Virus record (IMG/VR): IMGVR_UViG_3300029922_002860 | DNA length: 23,252 bases | Direction: 5' to 3' (one strand) | From: a virus | Lineage: Duplodnaviria > Heunggongvirae > Uroviricota > Caudoviricetes | Shown: positions 21,413 to 23,252 of the stretch, one piece after another | How the letters are laid out: every line of letters begins with the position of its first letter | Numbering within the stretch: position 1 is the first letter of the stretch | Program-made: the position numbers and the translations under genes | Notes under the pieces: generated by a model | What the model was told of the DNA's origin: nothing | What the model saw: only the letters and a program-made list of their open reading frames with translations | Database searches by the model: none

Positions 21413-23251
21413 TTAGACCAGCTCGCAGGCTCCGCCCTGACAAGCCATGGCCGCTCCGCGGTGAGCCGAGCCCGCAGTGACATCGCGCTCGTCCGGGATC
21501 TCCTTGTAGGGCACCGGCGTGTAGCGAAGGCGGTTCCAGAGCTTCACATCGTCGTCGGTCGTGAGCGACATGCGGGGTGCCTGCGCGTACACCTTGTCGT
21601 CGCGCTTGAGGAGCGAGATGCCGGTGAACGCGTGCCGATTCTCCCAGATAAAGTCGGCGACCCGGTCCCATTCGTCGTCGCCGACGACCACCGTGTTGGA
21701 CACGTTGTGATGAACGTCGGAGAAGGTGGAGTAAGCGCGACCCGGCATGACCCAATTCTCCTGCACGCGCTTGACGTAGTCGAGGAACGTGAGGGCCGTG
21801 AGGTCGTCGCGGTAGATGCCGTTCGCAGGACCTTCCTGCGGAAAGCGGATGACCGCGGTCGCCTTGTTCGGGTCGTAGACCGAGAGGTCGGTCATGTGCG
21901 GATTGTGCTGCTTGAACCACTTGTACACGCCGTCCGCGGTGTTGGCCTGCACATGGCGGATGTAGCGCCGAGCGTGGTGAGGATGGATGCCGGAGCCGCA
22001 GTTGAGCACCAAGGAGCTTGTCCCTTCGGGCTTCACGCAAGTGGTGCGGGCCGCGCGGTTGATCCCGATGAGTTCGGCGACAATGGCGTTGGTGGCCTTG
22101 ACCACCTCAGCGCCGCGCTTTAGGACCGCAGCGTCGAGAAGGACGTTCGGGTTGTCCAAAATCCCGCAGATCGAAACCCCGATCAGGGCCTCGCGCTCAT
22201 TGAGCACCCGGGTTATCGGCCCCAGGTAGGGCATGTCCGTGTAGTCGGCCTGGAGCGTCCCGATCAGTGAGGCGGCGCGAGCGAGCTTAAAGAAAGCCTC
22301 GGGCGTCTTAGCCGCACTCCCAGCCATGGTTGTCAGGTTGCACATCTGGTACCCCCACAACTTGTCGCCCTCGTTCAGCTCTCCCGTGTACCCGTAGTCA
22401 CGGAGTTTGGCGATCTCCTTGGCAGTGACGATCAGGCACGGGTTTAGCCCGATCTCGACACAGGGATTCGACCCCACGTCCTTGTCGTCGGTGAAGTAGA
22501 ACCCGGGCTCACCAAATTCCTTCTGGGTCTTGTAGAGTGTCTCGAATTGCTCCCGAGTGACCTCGTTGCGAACTAGGATCGCGGAGTTGTTCGATGCCGA
22601 GCGCTGCTCGTTGTCGAGAAACCAGTTGCCGCTCTTCGCGGTCATCATCGCGTCGTCGTCGTGCGAGAAGAGGCAGATGGTGGCCGAGCGCCGGATTCCG
22701 CCTGAGAGGACAGCCTTCGCAGTGTGCATCAGGATGTCGTAGACCTCGATGGGAAGAAGGTGCCTGCCCGTGGCGCGGGCGAGGATTGCCTCGCTCTTGT
22801 CGAGAGCGCGCTTGAGCGGGAGATGCCCAGGGGCTTTGCCCCCGGAGGTCTTCAGCACGGCACCGCGCCGGCGGATCAGGTTGTAGGCGAACTCCACCTT
22901 GTAGCCCTTGACGTAGCTGTCCATTAGCTTGTCGAGGGCATCGGCCCATCCCTCGATGGAGTCGGCGATGGCGTAGTGCTCGACCTCCATCTCGATCTCG
23001 TCCTTGCGGGACGCAAGCGCGGGGAGCTGGGCAACGTGCTGCTTCTGCACCGAGAAACCGACTCCGCACCCGCAGAGGAGCAGGTAGAAGTATTCCTTGA
23101 AGAAAGTCTGGCGGTTGCAGGGGGAGAACGAGCAGTTGAACATGCGGGCGTTCGCCTGCTCGATTGCGATTCCTCCGAACTGGAGCGACCTCATAGACGG
23201 CAGCACGTGCTTGTCGGTGACCTCCTGGAAGGCGCCAAAAATCTCGTCCCG
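21413..23251 (-). CDS. nrdJ: Class II (adenosylcobalamin-dependent) ribonucleotide reductase, 5'-truncated by the window edge
   Basis: PSMRSLQFGG, FNCSF, GCGVGFSV, SGGIRRSA, SNPCVEI (NPCxE), CNLT, TCVKPEGTSS and C-terminal CQGGAC. The frame is open to the window end (RDEIFGAFQEVTDKHVLP). Confidence 0.88.
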   Translation of the reverse strand, partial: RDEIFGAFQEVTDKHVLPSMRSLQFGGIAIEQANARMFNCSFSPCNRQTFFKEYFYLLLCGCGVGFSVQKQHVAQLPALASRKDEIEMEVEHYAIADSIEGWADALDKLMDSYVKGYKVEFAYNLIRRRGAVLKTSGGKAPGHLPLKRALDKSEAILARATGRHLLPIEVYDILMHTAKAVLSGGIRRSATICLFSHDDDAMMTAKSGNWFLDNEQRSASNNSAILVRNEVTREQFETLYKTQKEFGEPGFYFTDDKDVGSNPCVEIGLNPCLIVTAKEIAKLRDYGYTGELNEGDKLWGYQMCNLTTMAGSAAKTPEAFFKLARAASLIGTLQADYTDMPYLGPITRVLNEREALIGVSICGILDNPNVLLDAAVLKRGAEVVKATNAIVAELIGINRAARTTCVKPEGTSSLVLNCGSGIHPHHARRYIRHVQANTADGVYKWFKQHNPHMTDLSVYDPNKATAVIRFPQEGPANGIYRDDLTALTFLDYVKRVQENWVMPGRAYSTFSDVHHNVSNTVVVGDDEWDRVADFIWENRHAFTGISLLKRDDKVYAQAPRMSLTTDDDVKLWNRLRYTPVPYKEIPDERDVTAGSAHRGAAMACQGGACELV

Positions 23252-23252
23252 G

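Noticed and set aside
18952-23069. ORFs 18952..19635, 21384..22040, 21461..22123 and 22509..23069
   Set aside because: Antisense or off-frame shadows of the RNA ligase and RNR genes.
1-23252. tRNA, rRNA, integrase or att sites
   Set aside because: None recognised by eye; tRNAscan-SE would be needed to exclude tRNAs formally.

Overview
GC-rich (about 60% by eye), mostly minus-strand segment of what looks like a large mobile element (jumbo phage or megaplasmid). Positions 1-6033 hold an unusual RNA-guided locus. Two translationally coupled ParB-like paralogues (one with DGQHR, one degenerate) precede an 872-aa TnpB/Cas12-like gene whose three putative RuvC catalytic positions appear substituted (H571, G709, A827). 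Immediately downstream are four tandem modules, each a ~130-nt covarying structured RNA fused through a 16-17-nt linker to a mini CRISPR array (36-nt repeats, 29-31-nt spacers; 19 repeats and 15 complete spacers in total). Each RNA carries an anti-repeat that pairs with the adjacent first repeat, forming a natural single-guide-like hairpin, and three copies have their own promoter-like element. No cas1/2/4 or transposase genes are visible. The rest of the window encodes an S1/P1 nuclease, a 5'-3' exonuclease, a transglutaminase-like membrane protein, an orphan membrane histidine kinase, an LPD1/zincin polyvalent protein, an ankyrin protein, a wHTH protein, an HNH-RNA ligase fusion, a macro domain, a class II ribonucleotide reductase (cut by the window edge) and several hypothetical proteins. 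A CCCAT(AC/AA/CT)T motif lies just upstream of many start codons, and four proteins end in beta-clamp-binding-like motifs. All family calls come from motif recognition by eye; no database searches were run.
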